63,833 nucleotides of DNA, taken from positions 1-63,833 of the forward strand of contig JAIOPS010000026.1 in assembly GCA_021413775.1 (NCBI GenBank), in the 5' to 3' direction. This document shows, piece by piece, positions 24,895-34,850 of this stretch (its first letter is position 1; every line of letters begins with the position of its first letter). The stretch comes from Candidatus Kaiserbacteria bacterium (GTDB lineage Bacteria; Patescibacteriota; Minisyncoccia; Phycocordibacterales; UBA2100). The translations under genes and the position numbers were made by a program. The notes beneath the pieces are model-generated. The model saw only the letters and a program-made list of their open reading frames with translations. It did no database searches and was not told where the DNA came from.

Positions 24895-25884
24895 ATGGAT
24901 GTTCTCGCAATCGGTGATGTGGTTATCGACGATTTTATACGCCTGAAAGACGCACGGGCGAACTGCGACATCAACAACGAGAACTGCATGCTCTGCGTGC
25001 GATTCGGCGATAAGGTGCCGTTCGAATTTAATCAGCTCGTGCCGGGTGTCGGTAATTCTCCGAATGCGGCTGTTGCGTGCGCACGACTCGGTCTTGCGAC
25101 GGGCCTTCGGGTCCATGTCGGAGCCGATGACCGCGGCAAGGTCTGCATCGACGCACTGAAGGCAAACGGCGTAGACACGTCGCTTGTCGTCGTCGAGGAA
25201 GGCAAGCTGACCAACTACCACTATGTACTCTGGTACGAAAGCGAGCGCACGATTCTCGTAAAACACGAATCGTTCTCATACTCGATGCCGACGCTTACCG
25301 AAAAACCGAAATGGATGTATCTCTCTTCGCTCGCGGATAACACCCTGTCGTATCATCGGGAAATCGCAAAATACGTTTCGGAGAATCCGGATGTGAAGCT
25401 CGCGTTCCAGCCCGGTACGTTCCAAATAAAATTGGGTGCGGAAGCGCTCAGGGACCTGTATGCACATACGCAGATTTTCTTCTGCAACAAAGAGGAGGCT
25501 CAAAAGATACTGAACATTCACCAAGAACACGACATCAAGAAACTGCTCGACGGAGTCCACGCGCTCGGTCCGAAAATCGTCGTCATCACCGACGGCCGCG
25601 AAGGTTCCTACGCGCGCGATGAGAGCGGCGCAATGTGGCACGCACCGATGTACCCGGACCCGAAGCCGCCGCTTGAGCGCACGGGCGCCGGTGACGCCTC
25701 GGCATCGACGACCGTCGCATATCTCGTGAAAGGAATGTCACTTGAAGAATCTCTTTTGCGCGGACACATCAACAGCGCGAATGTCGTCCAGGAAATCGGC
25801 GCGCAAAAGGGACTGCTCACCGCTGAACAAATCGAAGACTGGTACTCCCGCCGCCCGGCGGACTACCGAGCAACAGCAATTTAA
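24895..25884 (+). CDS. PfkB-family carbohydrate/nucleoside kinase
   Basis: N-terminal VLAIGDVVIDDF and the C-terminal TGAGDASASTTVAYL signature. Confidence 0.8.
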   Translation: MDVLAIGDVVIDDFIRLKDARANCDINNENCMLCVRFGDKVPFEFNQLVPGVGNSPNAAVACARLGLATGLRVHVGADDRGKVCIDALKANGVDTSLVVVEEGKLTNYHYVLWYESERTILVKHESFSYSMPTLTEKPKWMYLSSLADNTLSYHREIAKYVSENPDVKLAFQPGTFQIKLGAEALRDLYAHTQIFFCNKEEAQKILNIHQEHDIKKLLDGVHALGPKIVVITDGREGSYARDESGAMWHAPMYPDPKPPLERTGAGDASASTTVAYLVKGMSLEESLLRGHINSANVVQEIGAQKGLLTAEQIEDWYSRRPADYRATAI

Positions 25885-25910
25885 GGGCTCTACTCTGCCC
25901 TATTCCGCTC

Positions 25911-25939
25911 TTGACCTGAGCATATTTAAATGTTATAAT
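25911..25939 (+). promoter_or_regulatory. sigma70-type promoter of SleB-like gene
   Basis: TTGACC (25911-25916), 17 nt spacer, TATAAT (25934-25939). Confidence 0.6.
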
Positions 25940-26006
25940 TACAAGTGGGAGGTCTCGACAGAGACCGGAGTCACTCACATCATGCAACAAAGCAGGAGTG
26001 AGTGTA

Positions 26007-26579
26007 ATGCGTATCAGACTTTGGCCCATCGAGGCGCGGCTTCACAGTTTCGCCCCGTACTTCTCGTTCATCGTTCTTGCCTTTTTCGCGCTCGCCGCGG
26101 GGGTGTATTCCCTCTCGATGTACGCGAAGAAAGAGCAGGCTGCTATGTGTCTCGCCGAAAACCTCTATCACGAGGGTCGCGGCGAGCCGGTAAGCGCGCA
26201 GTACATCATCGGCATGATGACGATTGCGCGCGTCACCGACCCCGATCCGCAATGGCAGAAGACCATTTGCGGCGCGGTCGCACAGAATCGCCAGTTCAGT
26301 TGGACGCTGGATTACAAGCTCGCAACGCAAAGAAACGAGCAGGCGAAGTGGGAGCAGGCGAAGTTCATCGCGCGCGACCTTCTGGCACATGCGTGGGCCC
26401 GCTACGTGTTGCCGGCCGGATGGGAATGCGCACGGTTCTTCAAGCGAAGCGACGGAAAAGGTGTCTCAAAAGCCTCAATGAAGGAGTTCGAGACAAGGCT
26501 CTTCCCCGTCGGTTCGTTCGGTCACCATACCGCATACCAGGAACGTCGCGGGTGCAAAAATCCGCTTCCGACCAACTGA
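26007..26579 (+). CDS. SleB-like cell wall hydrolase (Hydrolase_2 domain)
   Basis: ATG at 26007 with AGGAG 8 nt upstream, a TM/signal segment, and CLAENLYHEGRGEP...AVAQNRQFSW. Confidence 0.75.
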   Translation: MRIRLWPIEARLHSFAPYFSFIVLAFFALAAGVYSLSMYAKKEQAAMCLAENLYHEGRGEPVSAQYIIGMMTIARVTDPDPQWQKTICGAVAQNRQFSWTLDYKLATQRNEQAKWEQAKFIARDLLAHAWARYVLPAGWECARFFKRSDGKGVSKASMKEFETRLFPVGSFGHHTAYQERRGCKNPLPTN

Positions 26580-26596
26580 TCTATCTTTTAGGAATT

Positions 26597-26624
26597 GCCG
26601 CGGCCTCGAGCCGCGGCTTTTTTT
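26597..26624 (+). terminator. intrinsic terminator
   Basis: Perfect 8-bp stem gccgcggc/gccgcggc (loop ctcga), then T7. Confidence 0.85.
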
Positions 26625-26643
26625 ATTCTCCCGGATGTTTTTA

Positions 26644-27630
26644 CTATTTCCGGGCAATCGCTTTTTTCACGGCGTCTACGATATGTGATACACCCATGCC
26701 GTAGTGTTCGATGAGCTCTACAGGCGTTCCGGACTGACCGAACTGGTCGTGAACGCCGATGAATTCCTGCGGAAGCGGTTTGGTTTGAACGAGAAGCTCG
26801 GCGATTGCGCTTCCGAGACCGCCTGAAATCTGGTGCTCTTCGACGGACACAAGAGCGCCTGCACTACCCGCTTCCCGTACGATTGTTTCCGTGTCGAGCG
26901 GCTTGATGGTATGTACATTCGTGACACTTATCCGAATTCCCTCTTTCTCGAGCTCGCGTGCGGCAAGGAGCGCATTGTGAACGAGCGGCCCCGTAGCGAA
27001 TACCGCACACACGGGAGAGTCAGCACGGTAGAGAACGTTCGCCTTGCCGATTTTGAACGGAGTATCGGCGGCGGTCATGACGGGTGTCTTTTCCCGGCCG
27101 AAACGCAGATAGAAGGGTCCGTCGCCTGCGGCAGCGGCCAGCGTCGCCTTGCGGGCCTCCTCGCTGTCGCACGGAGAAATCACGGTCATGTGCGGCTGCA
27201 TGCGCATGAGGCCCATATCTTCAAGCGCCTGATGCGTCGCACCGTCGGGCCCCACTGAAACTCCGGCGTGCATCCCGCATACAATCGCATGCACGTTGTT
27301 TATCGAAAGTGTCGTCCGAATCTGTTCATTATTTCTTCCGGGAGAAAACGTCGCGTACGATGTGAGGAACGGAATTTTCCCGTATTCGGCGAACCCTGCC
27401 GCAAGTGCCGCCATATTCTGTTCTGCGACGCCGATTTCAATAAAACGCTCCGGGAATTTTTTCTGGAACGCTTCGACGCGCGTCGATTCCGTGAGGTCTG
27501 CGGAAAGCGCGACAATGCGCGGATCCTTTTCCGCCGCTTCGATGAGTCCCGCGCCGAACCCGTCGCGGGTGGCCGCCATGTCGGGCGTCCCGAATATATT
27601 CACTTTCAGTTTCATTTCAGGAATCAGCAT
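26644..27630 (-). CDS. tkt: transketolase, C-terminal (pyrimidine-binding) subunit
   Basis: TRDGFGAGLIEAAEKDPRIVALSADL, EIGVAEQNM and FATFSPGRNNEQIR. The start could be ATG 27630 or 27615. Confidence 0.85.
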   Translation of the reverse strand: MLIPEMKLKVNIFGTPDMAATRDGFGAGLIEAAEKDPRIVALSADLTESTRVEAFQKKFPERFIEIGVAEQNMAALAAGFAEYGKIPFLTSYATFSPGRNNEQIRTTLSINNVHAIVCGMHAGVSVGPDGATHQALEDMGLMRMQPHMTVISPCDSEEARKATLAAAAGDGPFYLRFGREKTPVMTAADTPFKIGKANVLYRADSPVCAVFATGPLVHNALLAARELEKEGIRISVTNVHTIKPLDTETIVREAGSAGALVSVEEHQISGGLGSAIAELLVQTKPLPQEFIGVHDQFGQSGTPVELIEHYGMGVSHIVDAVKKAIARK

Positions 27631-27631
27631 A

Positions 27632-28492
27632 CTATTGATGTTCGCTCGCAATTTTTCCCTGCATTGTACGCAACTCATTTAAGAAGAGCGCTGCCTCCTC
27701 TTTGTTCGGCGGTTTGCCGTGCCAGCGGTAATCGCGCTCGATTTCACTGATGCCCTTCCCGGGAATCGTATGCGCGATGATTACCGTCGGCTTTTCATAG
27801 ATTGCTTTCGCCTCTTCGCACGCGGCGATGAACTGCGGGATATTGTGACCGTCGACCTCGAGTACGTGCCAATTGAATGCTTCGTACTTTTCGCGCAACG
27901 GCTCGAGCGGCATAATGCTCTCCGTGTAACCGTCTATCTGAATATTATTCCGGTCGATGATACCGGTGAGGTTCGAGAGCTTATTGGCGCCCGCCCACAT
28001 CATCGCCTCCCAGATGTTTCCCGAATCATGTTCTCCGTCGGACATGGCGCAATACACGCGCGACTTCGCTCCGTCCATACGCATAGCATACGCGATGCCG
28101 GCCGCCTGCGAGAGACCGGAGCCGAGGGGGCCGGAGGTGGATTCAAGTCCGGGCAATTTTGTGCGCTCCGGGTGACCCTGTAAGCGTGAGCCGAATTTTC
28201 TGAGAGTCAGACACTCTTCAACGGGAAAGTATCCCGCATGCGCCATCGCAGCGTACCGTACCGGCACGATGTGACCGTTGGAGAGAATCAGGCGGTCGCG
28301 CCCCTCCATATCGGGATTTTTGGGGTCGTGATTGAGTACGCGGAAATAAAGTGCCGTAAAAATATCCGTCATTCCGAGCGGGCCGGCAGTGTGTCCGGAG
28401 CCCGCCGCAACGAGCATTTCGATAATCGTCTGCCGGATTTCGTTCGCCTTCTTCTCCAATTGTTTTATTTCCGAATCCAAAAGAGCTTCCAT
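27632..28492 (-). CDS. tkt: transketolase, N-terminal (TPP-binding) subunit
   Basis: ATG at 28492. Motifs GSGHTAGPLGMTDIF, DRLILSNGH, GPLGSGLSQAAG and SDGEHDSGNIWEA. Confidence 0.9.
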   Translation of the reverse strand: MEALLDSEIKQLEKKANEIRQTIIEMLVAAGSGHTAGPLGMTDIFTALYFRVLNHDPKNPDMEGRDRLILSNGHIVPVRYAAMAHAGYFPVEECLTLRKFGSRLQGHPERTKLPGLESTSGPLGSGLSQAAGIAYAMRMDGAKSRVYCAMSDGEHDSGNIWEAMMWAGANKLSNLTGIIDRNNIQIDGYTESIMPLEPLREKYEAFNWHVLEVDGHNIPQFIAACEEAKAIYEKPTVIIAHTIPGKGISEIERDYRWHGKPPNKEEAALFLNELRTMQGKIASEHQ

Positions 28493-28499
28493 CGCCCGA

Positions 28500-29243
28500 T
28501 TATACCGCGACTTCAGCCTGTCGCGGTGCACAGCCGCGCATCGCGCGGTCGAGAATTTTGGCGTACGCGGAAGCAGGATTGTCCGCTTTTGAAATTGCGG
28601 AGCCGACGCACAAACGGTTCGCCCCGGCGCGGACGAGCAGCTCCACATTCGCTTCGGAAATACCGCCGTCCACGGCAACCATGAGATCAGGATAGTGCGC
28701 GTGAAGCTCTTCTGCACGTTGCAGAGCGCGCTCATCGAAAGGCTGCCCCTGAGCGCCGACTTTTGCGATGGACATGAGCTGGACGGCGTCGCACAGCGGT
28801 ATAAAGGACTCCAGCAAATCGAGCGGCGTATCGAGACACACCGAAAGACCTACTTCTTGTGCACCTGCCGCCTTCCACTGCGCAAACATATCCCGCGCGA
28901 CATCCGCATCAGAAAGTGACTCGACATGCGCGAGCACACGAAATGCACCCGCACGCGCAAGCAGCGCTCCTATCTGCCGCGGGTCCGAGACCATAAGGTG
29001 CACTTCGTACTGCATGGACTCCGAGCACGGGAGCATCGCTCCCGTAGAGTACAGACGTTCCAATTCGGACATTTGTCCGTGCCTGTAGGGCCAAGAAACA
29101 ACGGGCGCAAATACACCGTCGCAAATATCAAGCTGAATGAGCGGTGCATATTCTGCAAACTCTCTCGAGCGGCGCTCAAGCTCCGATAAATCGGGTGGGC
29201 ACGTGTTCGTCGGAATCACGTGAGGATCGCAGAGATACTTCAT
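28500..29243 (-). CDS. rpe: ribulose-phosphate 3-epimerase-like
   Basis: IQLDICDGVFAP and MVAVDGGISEANVELLVRAGANRLCVGSAI fit the Rpe barrel. The sequence is somewhat divergent. Confidence 0.7.
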   Translation of the reverse strand: MKYLCDPHVIPTNTCPPDLSELERRSREFAEYAPLIQLDICDGVFAPVVSWPYRHGQMSELERLYSTGAMLPCSESMQYEVHLMVSDPRQIGALLARAGAFRVLAHVESLSDADVARDMFAQWKAAGAQEVGLSVCLDTPLDLLESFIPLCDAVQLMSIAKVGAQGQPFDERALQRAEELHAHYPDLMVAVDGGISEANVELLVRAGANRLCVGSAISKADNPASAYAKILDRAMRGCAPRQAEVAV

Positions 29244-29255
29244 GCGCGAGGTGGC

Positions 29256-29744
29256 TTACGGGCCTACGCGGAATGTTCCGGTCGGTTCTGTGGAGGGACT
29301 CGCGCCTGAAGGCACCGTGCATGAGTCTGAAGGGCTCGGTACGGTCGCCTCCGTAACAGCACCGATACAATACGATGCAATGACGCTGCTCACGGTATAT
29401 GCGGTGTAATTGTAATTGGAGCCGGTCGACGGGTCAGTCGGTACGGCTGATATATCACCATCGGTAACAAGAGCGGAGAGGGCCGAAGGGTACGCAGGAG
29501 TAGTCTGATTGCTGTAGTAGAGCTCCAACGCGACCTGGAGTTGTTTTACGTCGGCGAGCCGGCGGGCATCTCTTCCCTTTTTACGCGCGGAATTCAACGA
29601 ACCGAGAATGACTGAGGAGAGGAGCCCTATGATGGCAATAACCACGAGGAGCTCGATGAGGGTAAAGCCCTTCTCTGCGCTCGTGTACCGGCTGATGCCG
29701 TGTGATGTTCGTGCTGACATGTTAGTTGTGTTATGTAACGACAT
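29256..29744 (-). CDS. type IV pilin/pseudopilin
   Basis: Class III signal KGFTLIELLVVIAIIGLLSSVIL. The leader is unusually long, and ATG 29720 is an alternative start. Confidence 0.85.
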   Translation of the reverse strand: MSLHNTTNMSARTSHGISRYTSAEKGFTLIELLVVIAIIGLLSSVILGSLNSARKKGRDARRLADVKQLQVALELYYSNQTTPAYPSALSALVTDGDISAVPTDPSTGSNYNYTAYTVSSVIASYCIGAVTEATVPSPSDSCTVPSGASPSTEPTGTFRVGP

Positions 29745-29753
29745 TCAAAACCT

Positions 29754-29999
29754 TTACTGCGGGAGAAGCGGCGGAGCGGAAGAGCCGCCTTTGAAGAAGA
29801 GAAAGTACAGGGCCAGAAGAAGTGCGAGCGCACCTACGGCCATGAGAATGTACTCCGCCTGCTTTCTGTCCTGCGCGAGCCCCCAGCTTACTAATTTACC
29901 GGTAATGTCCGAACCCATGCTCTGCACGGGTGGCCTGCCGAATTCATCGGCGCTGTCGTTAAATTGCATGTCACTCATAGGCATCAGTATAGCGCTCAT
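29754..29999 (-). CDS. small membrane protein (81 aa)
   Basis: One TM helix near the C-terminus (ILMAVGALALLLALYFLFF). Confidence 0.5.
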   Translation of the reverse strand: MSAILMPMSDMQFNDSADEFGRPPVQSMGSDITGKLVSWGLAQDRKQAEYILMAVGALALLLALYFLFFKGGSSAPPLLPQ

Positions 30000-30030
30000 T
30001 TGAGACCTCGGAAATGACCTGTGGATACGT

Positions 30031-30552
30031 TTATTTCTCGGCTGATGCGGGAAGTTCCCCGAGTTTCGCTATCCTGCGCAGGTGCCGGTCCTCGGCCGCC
30101 GGCTCCGCGCTCAGCCACTGTAATACCGCTTGCTTCGCCTCATCAATAGAGAGGAAGCGTGCGCCGAGTGAAAGCGCATTGGCACCGTTGTGCTGTCGCG
30201 ACGAAGACAGCATATCGAGCTCGTGACCGCTCATATCAGTCTGCTTTTTTGCCGGCTCGCCGTAGTACAGCGCGCAGCGCACTTTCGGAAAACGGTTCGC
30301 CGCCATGGCCTCTCCTTGTCCTGACGCTCCGATAACCACCGCACGACTCTCCACCCCCGCTGCAGCATCGTCCGAGAGGAGCTTCGACGCCCGTCCGACG
30401 AAGTCGGTGTAATCATCCGCTTTATCGAGTTCGAACGCGCCGCAGTCCACTGCCTCGTGCATAACGCCGCGTATCGTCGTCCCTTGTACGAATTGCATCA
30501 GTACGGACTTCAAATCGAATCCGGCGTGGTCTGCTGCAAAATATATCTTCAT
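30031..30552 (-). CDS. rpiB: ribose-5-phosphate isomerase B
   Basis: ATG at 30552. Motifs MKIYFAADHAGFDLK and VVIGASGQGEAMAANRFPKVRCAL. Confidence 0.85.
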   Translation of the reverse strand: MKIYFAADHAGFDLKSVLMQFVQGTTIRGVMHEAVDCGAFELDKADDYTDFVGRASKLLSDDAAAGVESRAVVIGASGQGEAMAANRFPKVRCALYYGEPAKKQTDMSGHELDMLSSSRQHNGANALSLGARFLSIDEAKQAVLQWLSAEPAAEDRHLRRIAKLGELPASAEK

Positions 30553-30559
30553 GATGGTA

Positions 30560-31564
30560 CTAGAGTTTGGCCGCGACCCGGAGGACATGCTCCACGAGCG
30601 TATGTGTGTACCCCATTTCGTTGTCATACCACGCGAGCACTTTTACCAAGGAGCCGTCCACCACGCGGGTCATTCCCAAGTCTGCAATCGAGCCGTACGG
30701 GAGCCCCAGAATATCCGACGAAACGAGCGGCTCATCGGTCACCGCGAAAACGCTCTTCCAACGGTCGGTCGCCGCCGCCTTACGGAGCGCCTCATTCACC
30801 TCTTCGACTGAAGTCGGACGTTTTGAAACAAAGGTCACGTCGACGAGAGAGCCTGCGGGAACGGGAACGCGTACAGAAATGCCGTCAAACTTGCCTGCGA
30901 GCTGCGGATATGCGAGTGCTGTCGCCTTTGCGGCGCCTGTCGAAGTCGGAACCATATTTTGTGCTGCTGCGCGGCTCTCTCTCACGTCTTTCGCTTTTCC
31001 GCCGTCCACAAGACTCTGGCTCGCCGTGTATGCGTGCGTGGTATTCAATACTGCACGCTCGATACCGATTGCCTCATCCAAAATACCGATAAGCGGTGAG
31101 GCGGCGTTGGTTGTACACGACGCGTTCGATGTAATGTCGCACGTGCCAAACTTTTCCTCATTGGCACCGATAAGTATTGTCTCCAAACCGTCGCCTTTTC
31201 CGGGTGCTGAAATAACGACTCTCTTTGCTCCCGCGGTGATGTGTGCCTTTGCCTTGTCGGCATCAGTGAAAAACCCGGTCGATTCGATAACGATGTCGAT
31301 GTTCATATCGCGCCAGGGCAGAGCGCTCGGCTCTTTTTCCGCGAGCACGGCAATCTGCTTCCCGCCGACGATGAGGGCTTTCTCGGCAGAAGTGACGGAA
31401 AATGATGCCCGTCCGTATACCGTGTCGTATTTCAAGAGGTACGCGAGATTTTCAGGCGCCGCGAGGTCATTAATCGCGACGACTTCAATGTCCGCTCGTC
31501 CCTCGACCGCTCTCATAAAGCCTCTTCCGATTCTTCCGAACCCGTTTATTGCGACACGTGTCAT
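30560..31564 (-). CDS. gap: glyceraldehyde-3-phosphate dehydrogenase
   Basis: VAINGFGRIGR, SNASCTTNA and WYDNEMGY. Confidence 0.95.
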   Translation of the reverse strand: MTRVAINGFGRIGRGFMRAVEGRADIEVVAINDLAAPENLAYLLKYDTVYGRASFSVTSAEKALIVGGKQIAVLAEKEPSALPWRDMNIDIVIESTGFFTDADKAKAHITAGAKRVVISAPGKGDGLETILIGANEEKFGTCDITSNASCTTNAASPLIGILDEAIGIERAVLNTTHAYTASQSLVDGGKAKDVRESRAAAQNMVPTSTGAAKATALAYPQLAGKFDGISVRVPVPAGSLVDVTFVSKRPTSVEEVNEALRKAAATDRWKSVFAVTDEPLVSSDILGLPYGSIADLGMTRVVDGSLVKVLAWYDNEMGYTHTLVEHVLRVAAKL

Positions 31565-31654
31565 ATCAGCATCTCAAATGATTATTCAGTAAGTGCTCTG
31601 ATTGTAGCACCGCAGTGCTTCCCCGCTGTCCCCATGCGGCATTCCGGGACCTCA

Positions 31655-32821
31655 CTACTGAGCCGCAGTTGTTGTCGCCGTAGTCGCGGAAGTTGTACTG
31701 GCGGACGTGTCAGTCGACGTAGTAGCCGTACCGGGAAGAGGTGTGCTCGAGTCGGGGGTAGACGTCGCGGACTCCGTATTGCCGGCCGACGTCGAGGATG
31801 CAGTTTCTTGAGTTGACGTGGCCGCACCGCCTGAATCTGCGGGCGTTGTTGTAACAGTTCCGCCAGTATCCGGAGTCGTCTGCGTGCCGGTGCCCGAACT
31901 CCCCGTGGTAGGAGTAGAGCCGTTTACAACTTGAGATGCGGGTACGGGCGGACCGGTCACCGGGTCGTACACGATGACGGTGCGCTCTGCGGAAACCGAA
32001 TTATTGTTCGGGTCCAGCGCGACATATTTGACTATCCAGGTACTCGTCGCGGTGGTATCAATCTGTACCTGCGTAGTTTTCGCTCCATTCAGGTACGTTT
32101 CGATTCTGATGACGTCGTTCTGCTGGTCGGTCGCAATCGCGCCCAAATCCGAGTAGCTGCTGTGAAGCGGTATCTGTGCGGGATTATTTCCGAGAATCTG
32201 TATCGCCAGCGAGGCGTTACCCGAAGTCTGCTGAGCCGGTGTTTGACCATCCGGGGTTTGCGGATTCTGCGCTACTGCGAGCGAAGGGTCCGGTTCGGTA
32301 ACAACCGGCACATAGCCCGGGAGTGTTTCCGTGGAAGCGTTCAGCATCTTCCCTACCAAACCTCCGTAGACCGTCGCCACCGCTTTTTGTGTGACATTTT
32401 TCCTTTCGATGTCCTGCGTCTCGCGCAGACGAACGAGTTCCGAGTCAACATTCTCCTTAAGCTGTTGCGTCACATAGACACCGAGGTCACGGTACTGTCC
32501 GAGCATCGCCTTTGATACCGTCAGTGTCCGGTCTTTGGTCACGTCCTGCCATACACTGTCGGAGAGATCGATGGTGGAGAATTTATATGCGACGTAGTAA
32601 TTATCCGTATCTTCGGTGACCGATGTTATTTGGATTTGCGGCGAATATGTCGAAAGATCCTTATTGGCTATGTACGTATTATCAATGGAGAGTACCTGTT
32701 GATCGGAAGAATAGATGGCGCCGGGGTCCGTGGCGGCGAATGCCCCTCCCGCACCGAGCAACATCAGCGAGACCGCAATCGGTACGGCGTTGTTGTAGGT
32801 GAGAAATTTTACGACTGACAT
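31655..32821 (-). CDS. exported surface protein with Ig-like (DUF5011-type) domain and Ser/Thr-rich tail
   Basis: Signal peptide. LGNNPAQIPLHSSYSDLGAIATD...TWIVKYVALDPNNNSVSAERTVIVYD looks like a DUF5011/HYR-type Ig fold. The C-terminal region is T/S/G-rich. Confidence 0.6.
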   Translation of the reverse strand: MSVVKFLTYNNAVPIAVSLMLLGAGGAFAATDPGAIYSSDQQVLSIDNTYIANKDLSTYSPQIQITSVTEDTDNYYVAYKFSTIDLSDSVWQDVTKDRTLTVSKAMLGQYRDLGVYVTQQLKENVDSELVRLRETQDIERKNVTQKAVATVYGGLVGKMLNASTETLPGYVPVVTEPDPSLAVAQNPQTPDGQTPAQQTSGNASLAIQILGNNPAQIPLHSSYSDLGAIATDQQNDVIRIETYLNGAKTTQVQIDTTATSTWIVKYVALDPNNNSVSAERTVIVYDPVTGPPVPASQVVNGSTPTTGSSGTGTQTTPDTGGTVTTTPADSGGAATSTQETASSTSAGNTESATSTPDSSTPLPGTATTSTDTSASTTSATTATTTAAQ

Positions 32822-32838
32822 ACGGATACATCTCCATT

Positions 32839-34749
32839 CTACACCCCGCCTGCAGTGCTCTCTTGCGTCTCCGGGGTCGGAGGAGTCTGTTGGGACGTTA
32901 TCGAATTCAGCAGATTCTTGGCATCCGTATAATCCGGATTCAAGATGAGCGCTCTGCGCAGAGCGTCCCGTGCCTTAACGGCATCCCCCTTCTGAACAGC
33001 CATCTGCGCTTCCAGGAACGGACCCTCGGCTCGCATGGGCGCAAGCTGCTGCACCTGAGAGATTGCAACGTTCGCACTTTCCTCCGCATTCGGATACCCG
33101 GTCGATAGAATGGTTACATAAAGCGAGGCGCTGTAGAGCCAGGTCCTGTAGTCGCTTCGCGCGACCTGGGTGGCCAGACTGGCAAAATCAGCGGCCTCTC
33201 TCAAGGACTTTTTCACTGCCTCGACATCCACCGGCGATTGACGAGCTTGCGCATTTGCCTGTTGGAAAAGTGCGCGCGAGGCGTCTATATCGTAGGTACC
33301 AGAATTCCATACTCTCGCTGCGAACATGAGCACAGTGGTGCGCGACTCGCTGCTCTCAGTGCTTATCGCATTGCCGCGCGCATGAAGCTCCGCTGCCAGA
33401 AATTGCCGAAACGATGTCTGAATCAAAAAAAGTCCGCCAGCAACGAAGAGCACCGCAAGAGGTACCGTAACCCTCAAATCTCCATGCAGCCGGAGTACCG
33501 GCCGTTCGCGGACAAGGAGGCTCGCCACGACACCGGTCGCCGCTCCGGCGACAAGAAAGAGCGGCAGAGCTATCGGATATACAAACATTGCGCCGAATGA
33601 AAAAAGCGCGAGGGCGAGGGCGGCAGGAAGCTCTTGTCCGGCAGACTGCGATATTGAAGAATCTCTCACAAGGAAAGACGTGACGGATGCCACAAGCAGC
33701 AACGGAATGAGAATAAATGACAACAACCCGATTAATCCGAGAGTTACGGCAATCGTGGCTACTGTTGAATACGCGGAGTCAGGCACGAGACCGGCCGAAG
33801 GAGAACTGTTTGTTTCCATGAGACGGTAGCGCTCCCACGTCGCGGTGAACGAACCGGGACCCGTTCCGATTAACGCGCCCGGCAGATTCTGAATGTACAG
33901 AGCTCCCCCGACGAGTACCGTCGAAACGAATGACGGATATCCGTTTACGGGAGCAACTTTTAACACAGGGCTGCGAACACCAACGAGCATGCAGATGAGC
34001 ACGCAGACGCTGGCCGCAAGAATCGCAAAAGGGATCCTCGTGCCGGCGTGCGCTATTGCGCCGACAGCTACAAAAAGCCCTGAGGCCGCAAGAATTATAA
34101 GGAGCACGGTGGCCGCAGTAATTTCAAAAAAAAGCACGAAGAGCACGAGCAAAACAACGCTCACGCCCGCGTACATGAGACGTGGCCGCAAACGCTGTGC
34201 GCTATCAGTACATATTGTCGACACGAGGAGTGCCGCCGCAATAATGTATGTAAGGTCCGGCCAGGCTCCGGATAACGTGGCAACACCAACGGCGTCGGGT
34301 CGCATAAGAATCAACACGGCAGAAAGCGCCGAGGCAATCCCCGCGGATACAACAAGTGCGTAAAAGAAGGGGTAAACGAAACTTCTCGGAATAAGTGCGC
34401 CGGTGAAACTGGCAACTAGGAAAAGGAAGAACGACCCGAGACTGCCAGCTTCAAATCCCAACCCGGAAAACGACACGGGCAGCGAACTGTTTACAATGAG
34501 CGACAGGCACGCAACGATAAAAAGCGGTACGGCCGCGTATGCAAGTAACGACCGCGGGACTTCGATGGAACTGCGATATCGAACCAAAGAGAAGGCAGCG
34601 GCGCATACGGAAACGCCCAATATAAAGGCGGTGAGTATTCCTTTTTGAAGGTAGGGAGGCGTCCACGCAAACGGCAGCACAAGCAGTGGAAGAAGTGCGA
34701 CGGTAAAAAGATATGGTACCGTAATCACTGCAATAGTTGAGCGCCACAT
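32839..34749 (-). CDS. polytopic O-antigen-ligase-like membrane protein with C-terminal TPR-like domain
   Basis: About 10-12 TM helices, a GTGPGSF...W..YR loop typical of Wzy_C/O-antigen ligase proteins, and a helical-repeat C-terminus. Confidence 0.55.
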   Translation of the reverse strand: MWRSTIAVITVPYLFTVALLPLLVLPFAWTPPYLQKGILTAFILGVSVCAAAFSLVRYRSSIEVPRSLLAYAAVPLFIVACLSLIVNSSLPVSFSGLGFEAGSLGSFFLFLVASFTGALIPRSFVYPFFYALVVSAGIASALSAVLILMRPDAVGVATLSGAWPDLTYIIAAALLVSTICTDSAQRLRPRLMYAGVSVVLLVLFVLFFEITAATVLLIILAASGLFVAVGAIAHAGTRIPFAILAASVCVLICMLVGVRSPVLKVAPVNGYPSFVSTVLVGGALYIQNLPGALIGTGPGSFTATWERYRLMETNSSPSAGLVPDSAYSTVATIAVTLGLIGLLSFILIPLLLVASVTSFLVRDSSISQSAGQELPAALALALFSFGAMFVYPIALPLFLVAGAATGVVASLLVRERPVLRLHGDLRVTVPLAVLFVAGGLFLIQTSFRQFLAAELHARGNAISTESSESRTTVLMFAARVWNSGTYDIDASRALFQQANAQARQSPVDVEAVKKSLREAADFASLATQVARSDYRTWLYSASLYVTILSTGYPNAEESANVAISQVQQLAPMRAEGPFLEAQMAVQKGDAVKARDALRRALILNPDYTDAKNLLNSITSQQTPPTPETQESTAGGV

Positions 34750-34850
34750 ACGAGTCTCTCAAGTTTACCATGTGCACCGGTGCAGAAAATAGCGCGGATA
34801 GCTGAGCAGGCATCAGCGAACCAGCCTCGGAACGCGATATACTGCAACAT

